A stretch of DNA of 35,456 nucleotides from Macrostomum lignano (lineage: Eukaryota), in contig NIVC01003078.1 in NCBI GenBank assembly GCA_002269645.1, positions 1-35,456 of the forward strand, read 5' to 3'. Positions 24,401 to 35,456 of the stretch are shown here, piece by piece. The translations under genes were made by a program, and so were the position numbers. The notes under the pieces were generated by a model. The model saw only the letters and a program-made list of their open reading frames with translations. It had not been told where the DNA came from and did no database searches. Each line of letters opens with the position of its first letter. Within the stretch, counting starts at the first letter, position 1.

Positions 24401-24507
24401 CTGCATGGTTCGGCAACAGGTCAGATTCAAGTTACCATCGGTAAGTACTTAGCAACGATCCCATGCAGTGCGGAAAACACTTATGCTACTAGGATATTAC
24501 ACACTAG

Positions 24508-25830
24508 ATTACGCCCTAGATTAGACACAGGTGTACAGATCCCAATACACCCCAGATTAGACACAGGTGTACAGATCCCAATACACCCCAGATTAGACAC
24601 AGGTGTACAGATCCCAATACACCCCAGATTAGACACAGGTGTACAGATCCCAATACACCCCAGATTAGACACAGGTGTACAGATCCCAATACACCCCAGA
24701 TTAGACACAGGTGTACAGATCCCAATACACCCCAGATTAGACACAGGTGTACAGATCCCAACACACCCCAGATTAGACACAGGTGTACAGATCCCAACAC
24801 ACCTCAGATTAGACACAGGTGTACAGATCCCAATACACTCCAGATTAGACACAGGTGTACAGATCCCAATACACCCCAGATTAGACACAGGTGTACAGAT
24901 CCCAATACACCCCAGATTAGACACAGGTGTACAGATCCCAATACACCCCAGATTAGACACAGGTGTACAGATCCCAACACACCCCAGATTAGACACAGGT
25001 GTACAGATCCCAATACACCCCAGATTAGACACAGGTGTACAGATCCCAACACACCCAGATTAGACACAGGTGTACAGATCCCAACACACCCCAGATTAGA
25101 CACAGGTGTACAGATCCCAATACACCCCAGATTAGACACAGGTGTACAGATCCCAACACACCCCAGATTAGACACAGGTGTACAGATCCCAATACACTCC
25201 AGATTAGACACAGGTGTACAGATCCCAATACACCCCAGATTAGACACAGGTGTACAGATCCCAATACACCCCAGATTATACACAGGTGTACAGATCCCAA
25301 TACACTCCAGATTAGACACAGGTGTACAGATCCCAATACACCCCAGATTAGACACAGGTGTACAGATCCCAACACACCCCAGATTAGACACAGGTGTACA
25401 GATCCCAACACACCCCAGATTAGACACAGGTGTACAGATCCCAATACACTCCAGATTAGACACAGGTGTACAGATCCCAATACACCCCAGATTAGACACA
25501 GGTGTACAGATCCCAACACACCCAGATTAGACACAGGTGTACAGATCCCAACACACCTCAGATTAGACACAGGTGTACAGATCCCAATACACCCCAGATT
25601 AGACACAGGTGTACAGATCCCAATACACCCCAGATTAGACACAGGTGCACAGATCCCAATACACCCCAGATAAGACACAGGTGTACAGATCCCAACACAC
25701 CCCAGATTAGACACAGGTGTACAGATCCCAATACACCCCAGATTAGACACAGGTGTACAGATCCCAATACACCCCAGATTAGACACAGGTGCACAGATCC
25801 CAATACACCCCAGATAAGACACAGGTGCAC
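24508..25830. repeat. Same 36-bp minisatellite, about 36 units (INTS1 intron 4)
   Basis: Identical consensus and orientation to 19850-20435. Confidence 0.97.
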
Positions 25831-25867
25831 CGATGACAACAGCACAATCAGAAGTAAATGCACGCAC

Positions 25868-26549
25868 CTATCCCAGACCAGCCGGCCCAACGTATCGGGA
25901 TTAAAGGCGGCCAGAAAGACCAGCGCCAGCGATGCAGACCAATAAGCCGGGGCGGAGGCGAACGCGGAGCCGCCAGCCAACAGCCGATCGTCCGGCTGCT
26001 GATAGATGCAGGCATCGAACAGGCTCTGAGCAACGTCGGGCCCGGCCGGAGCCGGACAGCAGTCGGACGAGACCAGCGCAGCGGCGGAACGGAACACCAA
26101 GTCGGAGGCCAGGTTAAGAGCTTCGAACCGGCTGTACCCAGCCGGTCGATGCCCAGGCGCAGTGCGGCTGTACCAGGTATCGCTGTCAGCGGCACCTCGG
26201 AGCAGAGCCGCAGCACCAGGTGTCCTGCTCAGGTGGCCAGTGGTCTGCGGATGGTCCCAGCTGGCTGGCAGTCTCAGCAGGGTCGGGCACCGGCAGGAAG
26301 CAGGCCCGCCTGGCGAACAGGCTAAGCAGGGACGGCGGCAGTTGATCTTTTGGAAGCAGATTGGGCAGCCCGACAGCTAGCCAGTGCAGGGCTAGGCGGT
26401 GCAGCTTGGCCACGGTGGCGTAGTGCCGAGTGAGGGCCGGCGCTGGCTCGTCCGACTCTCGTCTGCGCGCGACAGCCTCACGCACTGCCGGCTGGGCGGC
26501 GCTGACCATCTGGCAGACGCAGAGCAGGTCTAGAAGGCTCTCAGCGTAT
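25868..26549 (-). CDS. INTS1: INTS1 exon 4 (frameshifted in this sequence)
   Basis: Acceptor cccag|a, donor ag|GTGCGT. Conserved DHWPPEQD, LRLCSEVP and FLAAFNPDTLG lie in three successive frames. Length is 682 nt where a multiple of 3 is required. Confidence 0.85.
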
Positions 26550-26679
26550 CTGGGAGTCGACGGTGGATGGGTTGAACGTTGAAATACAGAGCAAAATCTT
26601 AAGCAGTTGAATGAGACGGCCCTTAATAGCACTTAACACCCGCCAGACCCAGACCACAATATCATCTACCTGTCCTCTG

Positions 26680-27625
26680 TCACCTCAGAGAACCCACACC
26701 ACCACCAGGTTCCTCAGAGAACGCGCACCACTATCAGGTTCTTCAGAGAACCCACACCAACACAAGGTTCCTCAGAGAACGCGCACCACTATCAGGTTCT
26801 TCAGAGAACCCACACCACCACTAGGTTTCTCAGAGAACCCACACCACCACCAGGTTCTTCAGAGAACCCACACCACCACCAGGTTCTTCAGAGAACCCAC
26901 ACCACCACTAGGTTTCTCAGAGAACCCACACCACCACCAGGTTCTTCAGAGAACCCACACCACCACCAGGTTCTTCAGAGAACCCACACCACCACCAGGT
27001 TCCTCAGAGAACCCACACCACCACCAGGTTCTTCAGAGAACCCACACCGCCACCAGGTTCCTCAGAGAACACGCACCACTATCAGGTTCTTCAGAGAACC
27101 CACACCACCACCAGGTTTCTCAGATAACCACACCACTATCAGGTTCTTCAGAGAACCCACACCACCACCAGGTTGCTCAGAGAACGCGCACCACTATCAG
27201 GTTCTTCAGAGAACCCACACCACCACCAGGTTTCTCAGAGAACCCACACCACCACTAGGTTTCTCAGAGAACCCACACCACCACCAGGTTCTTCAGAGAA
27301 CCCACACCACCACCAGGTTCTTCAGAGAACCCACACCACCACCAGGTTTCTCAGATAACCACACGACCACCAGGTTCTTCAGAGAGCGCACAACACCACC
27401 AGGTTTCTCAGAGAACCCCCATCACCACCAGGTTTCTCAGATAACCACACCACTATCAGGTTCTTCAGAGAACCCACACCACCACCAGGTTCCTCAGAGA
27501 ACGCGCACCACTATCAGGTTCTTCAGAGAACCCACACCACCACCAGGTTTCTCAGATAACCACACGACCACCAGGTTCTTCAGAGAGCCCACAACACCAC
27601 CAGGTTTCTCAGAGACACCACAACA
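26680..27625. repeat. 29-bp minisatellite CCACCAGGTTCTTCAGAGAACCCACACCA, about 32 units (INTS1 intron 3)
   Basis: 29-aa (3 x 29 nt) periodicity in ORF 26611..27258. Confidence 0.95.
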
Positions 27626-27678
27626 CCAACTGCGCCTTAAAAAACTACACTGCCTACTCTGCCTCTTCCAGAACTCAC

Positions 27679-28154
27679 TGCCTGCGATGCTCCAACGGCA
27701 GAGACGCCACCCTAGAATCCGGAGGCAGCAGTAGCGACTTGGCAAATGCCGGCAGACTAATATCGGCCTTCAAATGCCTATAGAGATCGCGCAACAGGCA
27801 ACGCAGCTGATGCCGCCCGGTGTCCTGTACAAGCAGATCGCGGAATATCGCAGCCAGTGCCCGACACGCGTCCTTACTAGTGTGTGTGTGCAGGGCCACC
27901 AATACGGCTGCATTATTGGGATTGCGTACGCCCGAACTAAGCTCGTTAGCAACTACAGTAGCCAGCACCGCGCGCAAATTATCCGGATGCTTTGACACCA
28001 GCATACGAAGGCATTGCAAATAATGCGCGAATACAGCTTTATGCGATTTGAAGCGCAGCTTGTCAACTAGCCTAGAGACCACTTCGCAGTCGCGGGAGCC
28101 GGCTAGGGCTGTGCAGTTGCAGCAGACAGCTGTGAGCAGGTCCATGGCTTCGGC
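27679..28154 (-). CDS. INTS1: INTS1 exon 3
   Basis: Acceptor atccag|GCC, donor ca|GTGAGT. AMDLLTAVCCNC and NELSSGVRNPNN match INTS1 AQDLLMSVCMNC and NELSSARNPNN. Confidence 0.93.
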
Positions 28155-28282
28155 CTGGATAAATTGCAGTTCGAGATGTTTTATCATTTTTTAATTAATT
28201 AAATAATTTGTTCAAATGTTTATCTTTTGACAAGAATGTGCAATTAGCATTTCACGTGACTCTGATGTCTGATGACACAACC

Positions 28283-28775
28283 GTGCAGATCCCAATACAC
28301 CTTAGATTAGACACAGGTGTACAGATCCCAACACACCCCAGATTAGACACAGGTGTACAGATCCCAATACACCCTAGATTAGACACAGGTGTACAGATCC
28401 CAATACACCCCAGATTAGACACAGGTGTACAGATCCCAATACACCCCAGATTAGACACAGGTGTACAGATCCCAATACACTCCAGATTAGACACAGGTGT
28501 ACAGATCCCAATACACTCCAGATTAGACACAGGTGCACAGATCCCAATACACCCCAGATTAGACACATGTGTACAGATCTCAATACCCCAGATTAGACGC
28601 AGGTGTACAGATCCCAATACACCCTAGATTAGACGCACAGATCCCAATACACCCTACATATTCCAATACACCCTAGATTAGACGCACAGATCCCAATACA
28701 CCCTACATATTCCAATACACCCTAGATTATACGCACAGATCCCAATACCCCACTGGTTAAACACAGGTGTAACAA
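28283..28775. repeat. Same 36-bp minisatellite, about 10 intact units plus a degenerate end (INTS1 intron 2)
   Basis: Identical consensus; a rearranged 49-bp derivative is duplicated at about 28627-28725. Confidence 0.95.
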
Positions 28776-28812
28776 ATCCCAAATGCGAGCAGGTGAAATC
28801 TCGCAGACTCGC

Positions 28813-29807
28813 CTGTAACTTAGCCAGCTGCAACCACATCTCCAACCGGTTGGCAGCCATCAATCGAATCTCTGAATAGCCAGCCGCCACAGTCATCAGC
28901 CGGATGACGGCCCGTTGAGCAGCTTCGCTAGATGTAGCCTGGCCGCGTTTCTGCAAAGCGTCTTTGACGCAGACAACAACTAGCTCTTCTAGCCAGTGCG
29001 GCTTCTTAGCGTAGCGCGGTTGAATTGCTGGCTGTTGCTGCTGCTGGCCATCTTGAACGCCGCTGCTGCCGCTCTGGGCCGAGTCATCGTCGCTGGCGGT
29101 GGCGGCAACGCTTACGCTAGTGTGCGTCTGCGGCAACTCTTTAGTAGCGTTGCCTCGTGTGCCGCCAAAGGTGAACAAAGCATCAGCCGGTGTGGCATTG
29201 GGAAACGAAGCCTCCAGATTGCGCACCAGCCAGCGGCAGTCGGTCCGATCTACCCAGAATCTATCGCCAACCGAGTCTTCAACAAATGCCCGCAGGATTG
29301 AGTCCGGCCAGGCGTCCTGGTCGCGCAGAGCGGCAGTTAACAAGCCAACGCAGAGCATAGCGGCCGGCCGGGACACCTGATCCCGCTTGCGTAGGAACGA
29401 GCAAAGACCGTCAAATATGAATGGCCGAGTGAAGCTGGTGGGCCTGGACTTGGCCAGGTAGGCCAGGCTCACAGTCAGTATAGGCGGTAGGCGAGTCTTG
29501 CACGAGCGCAACTGTACAAGCGCTCCGCACAGGTGCATCTCAGCTTGAGCTCGGGCATCTGTACTGCCGCGAGATTCCAGCTGTTCGACTGAGCGAACCA
29601 GCTCGGTTGGATCCACTGGCCAAGCGTTCGACTCGAAGCTGGCCTCCTTGGCGCCAGGCCGGCGCTGGCCAGCCAGCTGCGGCGCCCCGGATGGCGCCAG
29701 CCCGACTACAACTGGGGCGCCGCCGGCTGCTGCTGCTGGCGCTGGTGAAACTGTCGCGGCGCCAGATTTGCTGCCAAGTGCGTGAAAGCTGCCGCCGCTG
29801 CCGCCAC
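28813..29807 (-). CDS. INTS1: INTS1 exon 2
   Basis: Acceptor atcag|gt (phase 1). SFHALGSK, LCGALVQL, SLAYLAKSRP, WPDSILRAFVEDSVGDRFWVD and RLEMWLQ match the INTS1 N-terminal region. Ends at a GC donor. Confidence 0.92.
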
Positions 29808-32145
29808 CTGATGTTATAATTAAATATGCAAAGTATTCAACCTTGTCACCTTTGGATTATTATTAACTTTGTAATAAAGTCTACAATAGTACAATAAGGT
29901 AAGCAACTCTAATTTCTCAGATTTTTTAACACATAACGTGTTAAAGTTTCATATTGTCTATAAATCATATTTCTCCTTGGCATTTTAAGAATACTATTAA
30001 TTTTCAATTTTTTTAGTAACCTATAAATGTAAAATCTGCAGACTTACGCAATTTACATATAGATGTGGTTATCATATTTGATTTTGAAATTTGAATTCAG
30101 ACCCAAAATGCCATGTGACACTATGATTTTGATAGCTTTGAAATTTACTATTTGCTTTGAGTAAAACTGTATTTGAAAAATTAATGCTTTTGAATCAAAA
30201 AACCTTGCAAAGCTGAATACAGCATAAATATAGCAAAACTGAATGTTTTTGTTTTTATAGCAGATACCCACCCTGATCTTATATTTTTTATATCTTAGCT
30301 ACTGTCTAATGTGGCTCACAGCTGATAGTAGGTTAGGTACCCCTGAACTAAGGCATCATAGGCACCACTTATGGCAGATACAATATTTTTATATTAGAAA
30401 ATTTACAAGAAAACCTTTTTAAGGTTGGACAAATGAGTTACCTTATTTCATAATGCACTACAGGCATATCATAGCTACAGAATGGGTTTTTTTCTAGCAT
30501 AGATGCAATGCAATTAAAGCTTATTGAGGTGCTTTATATAGTAATAGCAGCTATGTAGCTAAAGTCTTAGCTAAAAAGATAGCACTAACTATGAATTATA
30601 TTTGATTTAGCTATCATATTAAAGTATTTCATATTTTAATATATCAAAGAATATTATATTTTTTATTAAGTACTATTAAAAATAGTGTTGCCATTTTATT
30701 ACTATTTAAACTTATTTTTCAAAATGCAGCATTTAAACATAGTAGTTAATATAATAAGACTGTTGCCAATAGAAATGACTAGGTAAATATCTAGATTTAG
30801 TTTTTGAATCTTTTGAATCTATGATGCAGTTTATACTAAGTATCTTTGTTTCATTTTATCTCTTTCTAATATTTATTAATTTTTTAAATTTATAACTACA
30901 GCTATAGGAGTCTATAGAATGTGACTATAATTATTATATTTCCTTAGTCGTAGCCATAGAAGTAGCTATCTACTATAGGTATATCCATAGCTGCTGTAGG
31001 CAACTATTTAACCATATTAGCCATAGGATCCTATAGCTATAGCTATGGCAAAACACTAATTTTATGCCATTATTGTTTTTTGCCTAAAATCCCTTTGCTG
31101 AAGTGGGTTGATATAATCCATAGTTTGGAATATTCTGTATTTACCTAAAAAATCAACAATTTTTATGTATATGTACACTGATATATGTCATATATAGTAT
31201 ATTACACAATGCTTTAAATTGTCAATTTTGAAATGTTAGTACCAGACTAGTGGTTTTGATATTTAATTTCAATTAGAAAAGTTAAAAAGTGAAAACAATG
31301 TTTATAATTACAAAGATTGCATACATAGCATTAAACATGTTTTTATAAAGATAACTAAATTTATCAATATATAAATTGTGTATTTCACTTTTAAGACCTT
31401 TTTCTAGATTGCAAATTACTTCAATTCAAGATTCTAATACAAAAATCATTGAAATGATTAATTTTTCAATTTGACACTAAATATCATTAAGTTACAACTG
31501 AATCTAAACATTGTGTGCAGCCCATTTTGGTGAAGAAGTTTTTGGTGCAAAAGTGAATTTTTTGGTTAAATAGATATACATTTTGGCAAAAGATAGGCTA
31601 CATATATAATTCCAAATATATATTTGGTGATTGAAGCTTTTAATAAATTATTCATTGCTGCAAATTATTTGCAGTTAGAAAATTTAGAAACTTATGAAGT
31701 ACTAATAGCTATGTTATATACATGCAATCTATTGATATGCAATTGATAGATTAGGGATATAACAGTGTGGTTTTTTAGTCCTAAAATTGTTTGAGGAATT
31801 TTTCTAAACAAACCCTTACTTGAAATCCTACTATAACAGAATGGCACCTAATAAAACAACTGAATTAAACTATGATAGAACAAAAAATGTCACAATAAAA
31901 TTAGTCTTTATTATTATAAAGTCTATCATTTCTCTTTTAACGTTCTTTTAAAACAATAAAAACTCTTTACTAAAGCTTGGAACAAATCTTTTGTTGAAAT
32001 GGTCAGCTTTAGACAAAATGGTTACTATAGTCAAGAAAGTAGTATATTTCACACAAAATTATGGCGCATAGCATACAAAGGAATTTTTAGCATACATGGC
32101 ATGCCGCTTAGCATAATGTATTGTAGCATAATGTATAGTCTATAA

Positions 32146-33471
32146 CAGTAGTTTTCAACCTGTGGGTTGCAACCCCCAGTGGGATCATGTGACCATTTTC
32201 TGGAGGTTGCAGCACTAAGAAATGTGAGTATGTCATTGTGAGTACCCATGTTGGGTGTAAATGTCAGGAGTCAGGAAAAGTCAGGCAGGATTATAAAAAG
32301 TTTTTACATTTTAAGTATATCTTAAAAATCATTTAGAAGCAATTTTGAAAGGACTAACTAAGGCAAATATGCCAAATTGATTCATTTATTTAGTTTGAGC
32401 CTTTGAAATTATTCTGATTTCTTAGAATATCTTCACTTAAATGAATCAATCAACTTACTCAAACAAAAAGTAATTGAAAAGCACAATTTTATGCTAAAAG
32501 ATAAACACTTTTTAAGATAAAAAGATGAATAAGTTATTTCAATTATCTATAATTACTGGAAATACTAACAAAATGAAAACTATAAAGTTATTGCAAAAAA
32601 TATGACAATAGTCAAATAGGTTGAGGTTTGAAATTTACTGAGTACCAAATTTTCATTCTATTTGACTGCTCTTTTTATTAGAAGCAGGGGGTTGTATGCA
32701 CCCTGGCACACTTTAAATGACATTGACATTAAGTGACACACAACCACGAGAGACATTACTGCCCATTTTGCTAATTCCCCTGAGCAGGCATACAAGTGCA
32801 TGGATATGTATGTAGGCACAGACTCACTTTTTTATCATTAGGCATGTATATTTCACTGTGCCTTGGGGGGGGGGAGGTTGGCTCTCAAGGCCATTAATTG
32901 CATAAGCAAAGCCAAGCCAAGATTCCAATTCAGCCCCAAATTAATGAGACTGCACTTGGAATTGAGCCTGGGTCACTGGCACACTAAAGCCTGCGCTAGA
33001 CTGCTAGGCTATGCCCCCCCCTATTTGACTGCTCAATAAAACTTGACTTGAATACTTAGTTTGAACTCCCAAAGTTTAGTCAAGTACTCAGCTTGACCAA
33101 AACCAGAGTTGTCTAGACTCTATGCTCTAGTAGCACTATAAGTACAAGGTTAGGCTAGTATAGTAATATAATTATCACTTGACTAATAATACTAATTATT
33201 ACACATGCCTAGCTATATATTATAATAATAAATGCATCTTTAGCTATCCTATACCTAAATAAGCCTGGATTCCAATGGTAGATCTTGATCCTGATCCCGA
33301 CCAATCCCAAGTCCTGACTTTTATGAATTCAATCCTGCCCAAGTAGATTTTTTCTATCCCAGTCGGGCTCTACTTAATGATGCATTATATTGATTATAAA
33401 AAGGGTCACAAACATAAAAAATGTTGCAAGTAAATAAATTTGGGTTGCTTAAAAAAGGTTGATAACCGCTG
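32146..33471. mobile_element. Non-autonomous hAT (Buster/Charlie-type) DNA transposon, 1326 bp
   Basis: TIRs CAGTAGTTTTCAACCT and (reverse complement) CAGCGGTTATCAACCT, 13/16 identical. Perfect 8-bp TSD GTCTATAA at 32138-32145 and 33472-33479 with central TA. No transposase ORF. Confidence 0.88.
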
Positions 33472-34041
33472 GTCTATAAAGTAAAATCTTGTTAATTCAC
33501 ACAATGTGATATGTGAACATGTACTTGCCCTTTTTTCAAACATTCAATTCAATTCAAATAGCATAAAACATTTTTTTGAATGTGACAAATGATATATATT
33601 ATATTGAAAAATTTGAATATTGCAACAATTGTTACTTTATTAACATATTGTATACCTTCTTGACCATGGAATGGTCATTGCAAAAGTATTTTTGCCATTA
33701 TTTACTTCTACTGAAAATTATTTTGTCAAAGAGGTTTGAAACCTAAGGCTTAAGCATTATAAAAATAATTAAAGTTATATTGATCATGGATTAAAACAAG
33801 TTCTAAAACAATTTTTAATTTAATAATAAATTAAAAAGATATATAAATTGATATAAATAGTGTAGAAAATCTTTGCTGCTGAGTCACTAAACCCATGATA
33901 AACAAGTTTGTTTAAAAAAAATACAGATTTTGGGTAGGATTTTGAGAATAAAAATAAAACACATTTACTACAGACAAACAGATATTTGGTCTTCGGAGAA
34001 TTTTATAGAAAATACATTCAAAACCGGGTGATACTACTTAC

Positions 34042-34069
34042 CGCCATGTGGTTTAATTCCACGCCTCAT
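34042..34069 (-). CDS. INTS1: Candidate INTS1 start exon (MRRGIKPHG)
   Basis: aaatATG AGG CGT GGA ATT AAA CCA CAT GGC G|GTAAGT: A at -3, consensus donor, phase 1 matching the exon-2 acceptor. The basic N-terminus resembles INTS1 N-termini. The complete protein would be about 2070 aa. Confidence 0.6.
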
Positions 34070-35456
34070 ATTTACAGACATTATATCATTTGGTACACTC
34101 AATGCATTTAAAGCCTGTGAACAAATCATTTGTATGTGTGTACAATTAAAAGAAAGTACAAATATAGTTTTACTTCAAGGTTGTCATAAAAGTACACAAT
34201 TTTTATGCAAAGCGACAGGGAATCACTGAAGACTAAAAAAATTAATTTGGCGCCCAACAGGAGCGGGCTCAGACACGTATATTTATACTATTTTCATTAA
34301 AAGTTAAAACAAATTAAAATGTCAGTTAATAAGTAATCTAACCATTATTACTAATTTTACAGTAAATTAGCAACAAGACAACATAACTTAATAATGTATG
34401 TTTTCGATACTTTTTCGGCTACTTTTTAACGACTTTTTAAGAACCATGACTTCTCGATTGATCTTGCCATATTGTATTGCTATACACGGACAAGTGTAAG
34501 CAACGCGATTGGCAATTGCCAAATTCTGCAGCTGTTTTGGATATATATTTTTTCTTTTTTACGGAATCCTAGCTTATGTATATTACGGTTCGAAGAGAAG
34601 CAACAAGCAATTCATTAACAAAGCTCTGTGAAATTCGTGTAGGAATTTCGTACATTTGATGTACTTACACTAAGGACGACTGTAGTATAACAGGGGTTTA
34701 TAGCATATAAAATATGCACTTTTCCCTGTATGAACTAAAAATTTAGACTGCCCATATAGAACCTAGACTACTGATGAGTGTGTATTAATTTTTAAGAATG
34801 CCTTTTTGCTGTAGCGCAGATATACATGTGTACATGTACATGTATACGGATTACCCATGCAGCTTACCTGTAAGACGAGGAACGTACATGTATGCATGTA
34901 CATTTTGGACTCCTGGATCGTCGAGATTAAGATGCTTAAACACGAAATGTAAATACATGAAGCTCCATATATGCACACTTTTGTTCAAGTTAGCCGCTAA
35001 GATAAATTATTTACACACTGCCTTAGCGTAAACTTATTTAGCAATATACCGGATGTGATTTCAGAAAACTTTACTGTGATTGATACATCACATTTAATTG
35101 TTCGTAATTTAATGTATAAAATTGATTAATGAGCTCAGGAAAAAAGAACTAATTAAAAATGAAGCAACAAAAGTGACACGCTGACTGAGACTATCTTCTA
35201 ATGCTAATGCTAACTTATGGATGCAGGATGCAGTTAAAAAACACGCATAAACAAAGTAAGAGTAAAACTTTGCAGGAGGAAAAATTGAAATACGAGCGTA
35301 TTGCGATTTAATGACTAGTTATGTGTATAAATAACATAGACAATATTTATATATGTATACTTCATCAAGCTCCAATTTCAGCTTGATCAATCTCAGTAAT
35401 AAATGTCAAGGCAAAAATCTCATAAGATCTGAATGAAAGGGGAGACTAGAAACTCA

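Noticed and set aside
19818-28627. Cys-rich or His/Gln-rich periodic ORFs (VSNLGCIGICTP, RCTDPNTPQIRH, HQQHDRHI and similar)
   Set aside because: They are stop-free frames of intronic minisatellites; the INTS1 exons on either side join in phase without them.
29800-29815. Trans-splicing with the flatworm spliced-leader AUG supplying the INTS1 start
   Set aside because: AUG added at this acceptor is out of frame (stop after about 33 codons), and a phase-compatible cis exon exists at 34042-34069. The same test fails for the ETS acceptor at 13542.
34248-34262. tRNA-Lys primer-binding-site-like TGGCGCCCAAC suggesting an LTR retrotransposon
   Set aside because: No paired LTR, gag/pol ORF or polypurine tract in the window; it lies in the likely INTS1 promoter region. 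Sequence beyond the window could change this.
34868-34889. Alternative INTS1 start exon (MYVPRLT, phase 1, GTAAGC donor)
   Set aside because: Embedded in TACATG low-complexity sequence and lacks the basic character of INTS1 N-termini; weaker than 34042-34069 but not excluded.

Overview
Eukaryotic (animal) genomic DNA carrying two intron-containing genes in tandem on the minus strand. (1) A PEA3-subfamily ETS transcription factor (ETV1/4/5-like) at about 3827-13542, with a possible upstream exon near 15900. (2) Integrator complex subunit 1 (INTS1) at 18730-34069, seven predicted coding exons. GC-rich exons with poly-Ala/Gln/His runs and minisatellite-filled introns resemble the flatworm Macrostomum; that assignment is an inference from style, not a database result. 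Most long ORFs in the supplied track are translations of tandem repeats, not genes. Also present: a tRNA-derived SINE, a non-autonomous Buster-type hAT element with a perfect 8-bp TSD, and more than a dozen tandem arrays. Both genes contain apparent single-base deletions, most likely long-read errors. I see no new protein-coding system. The most unusual signals are intron architecture: one 36-bp minisatellite sits at equivalent positions in three INTS1 introns, some arrays are built from copies of the adjacent splice signal, and one intron is GC-AG. Family assignments rest on remembered homologue sequences; all splice junctions were read by eye.
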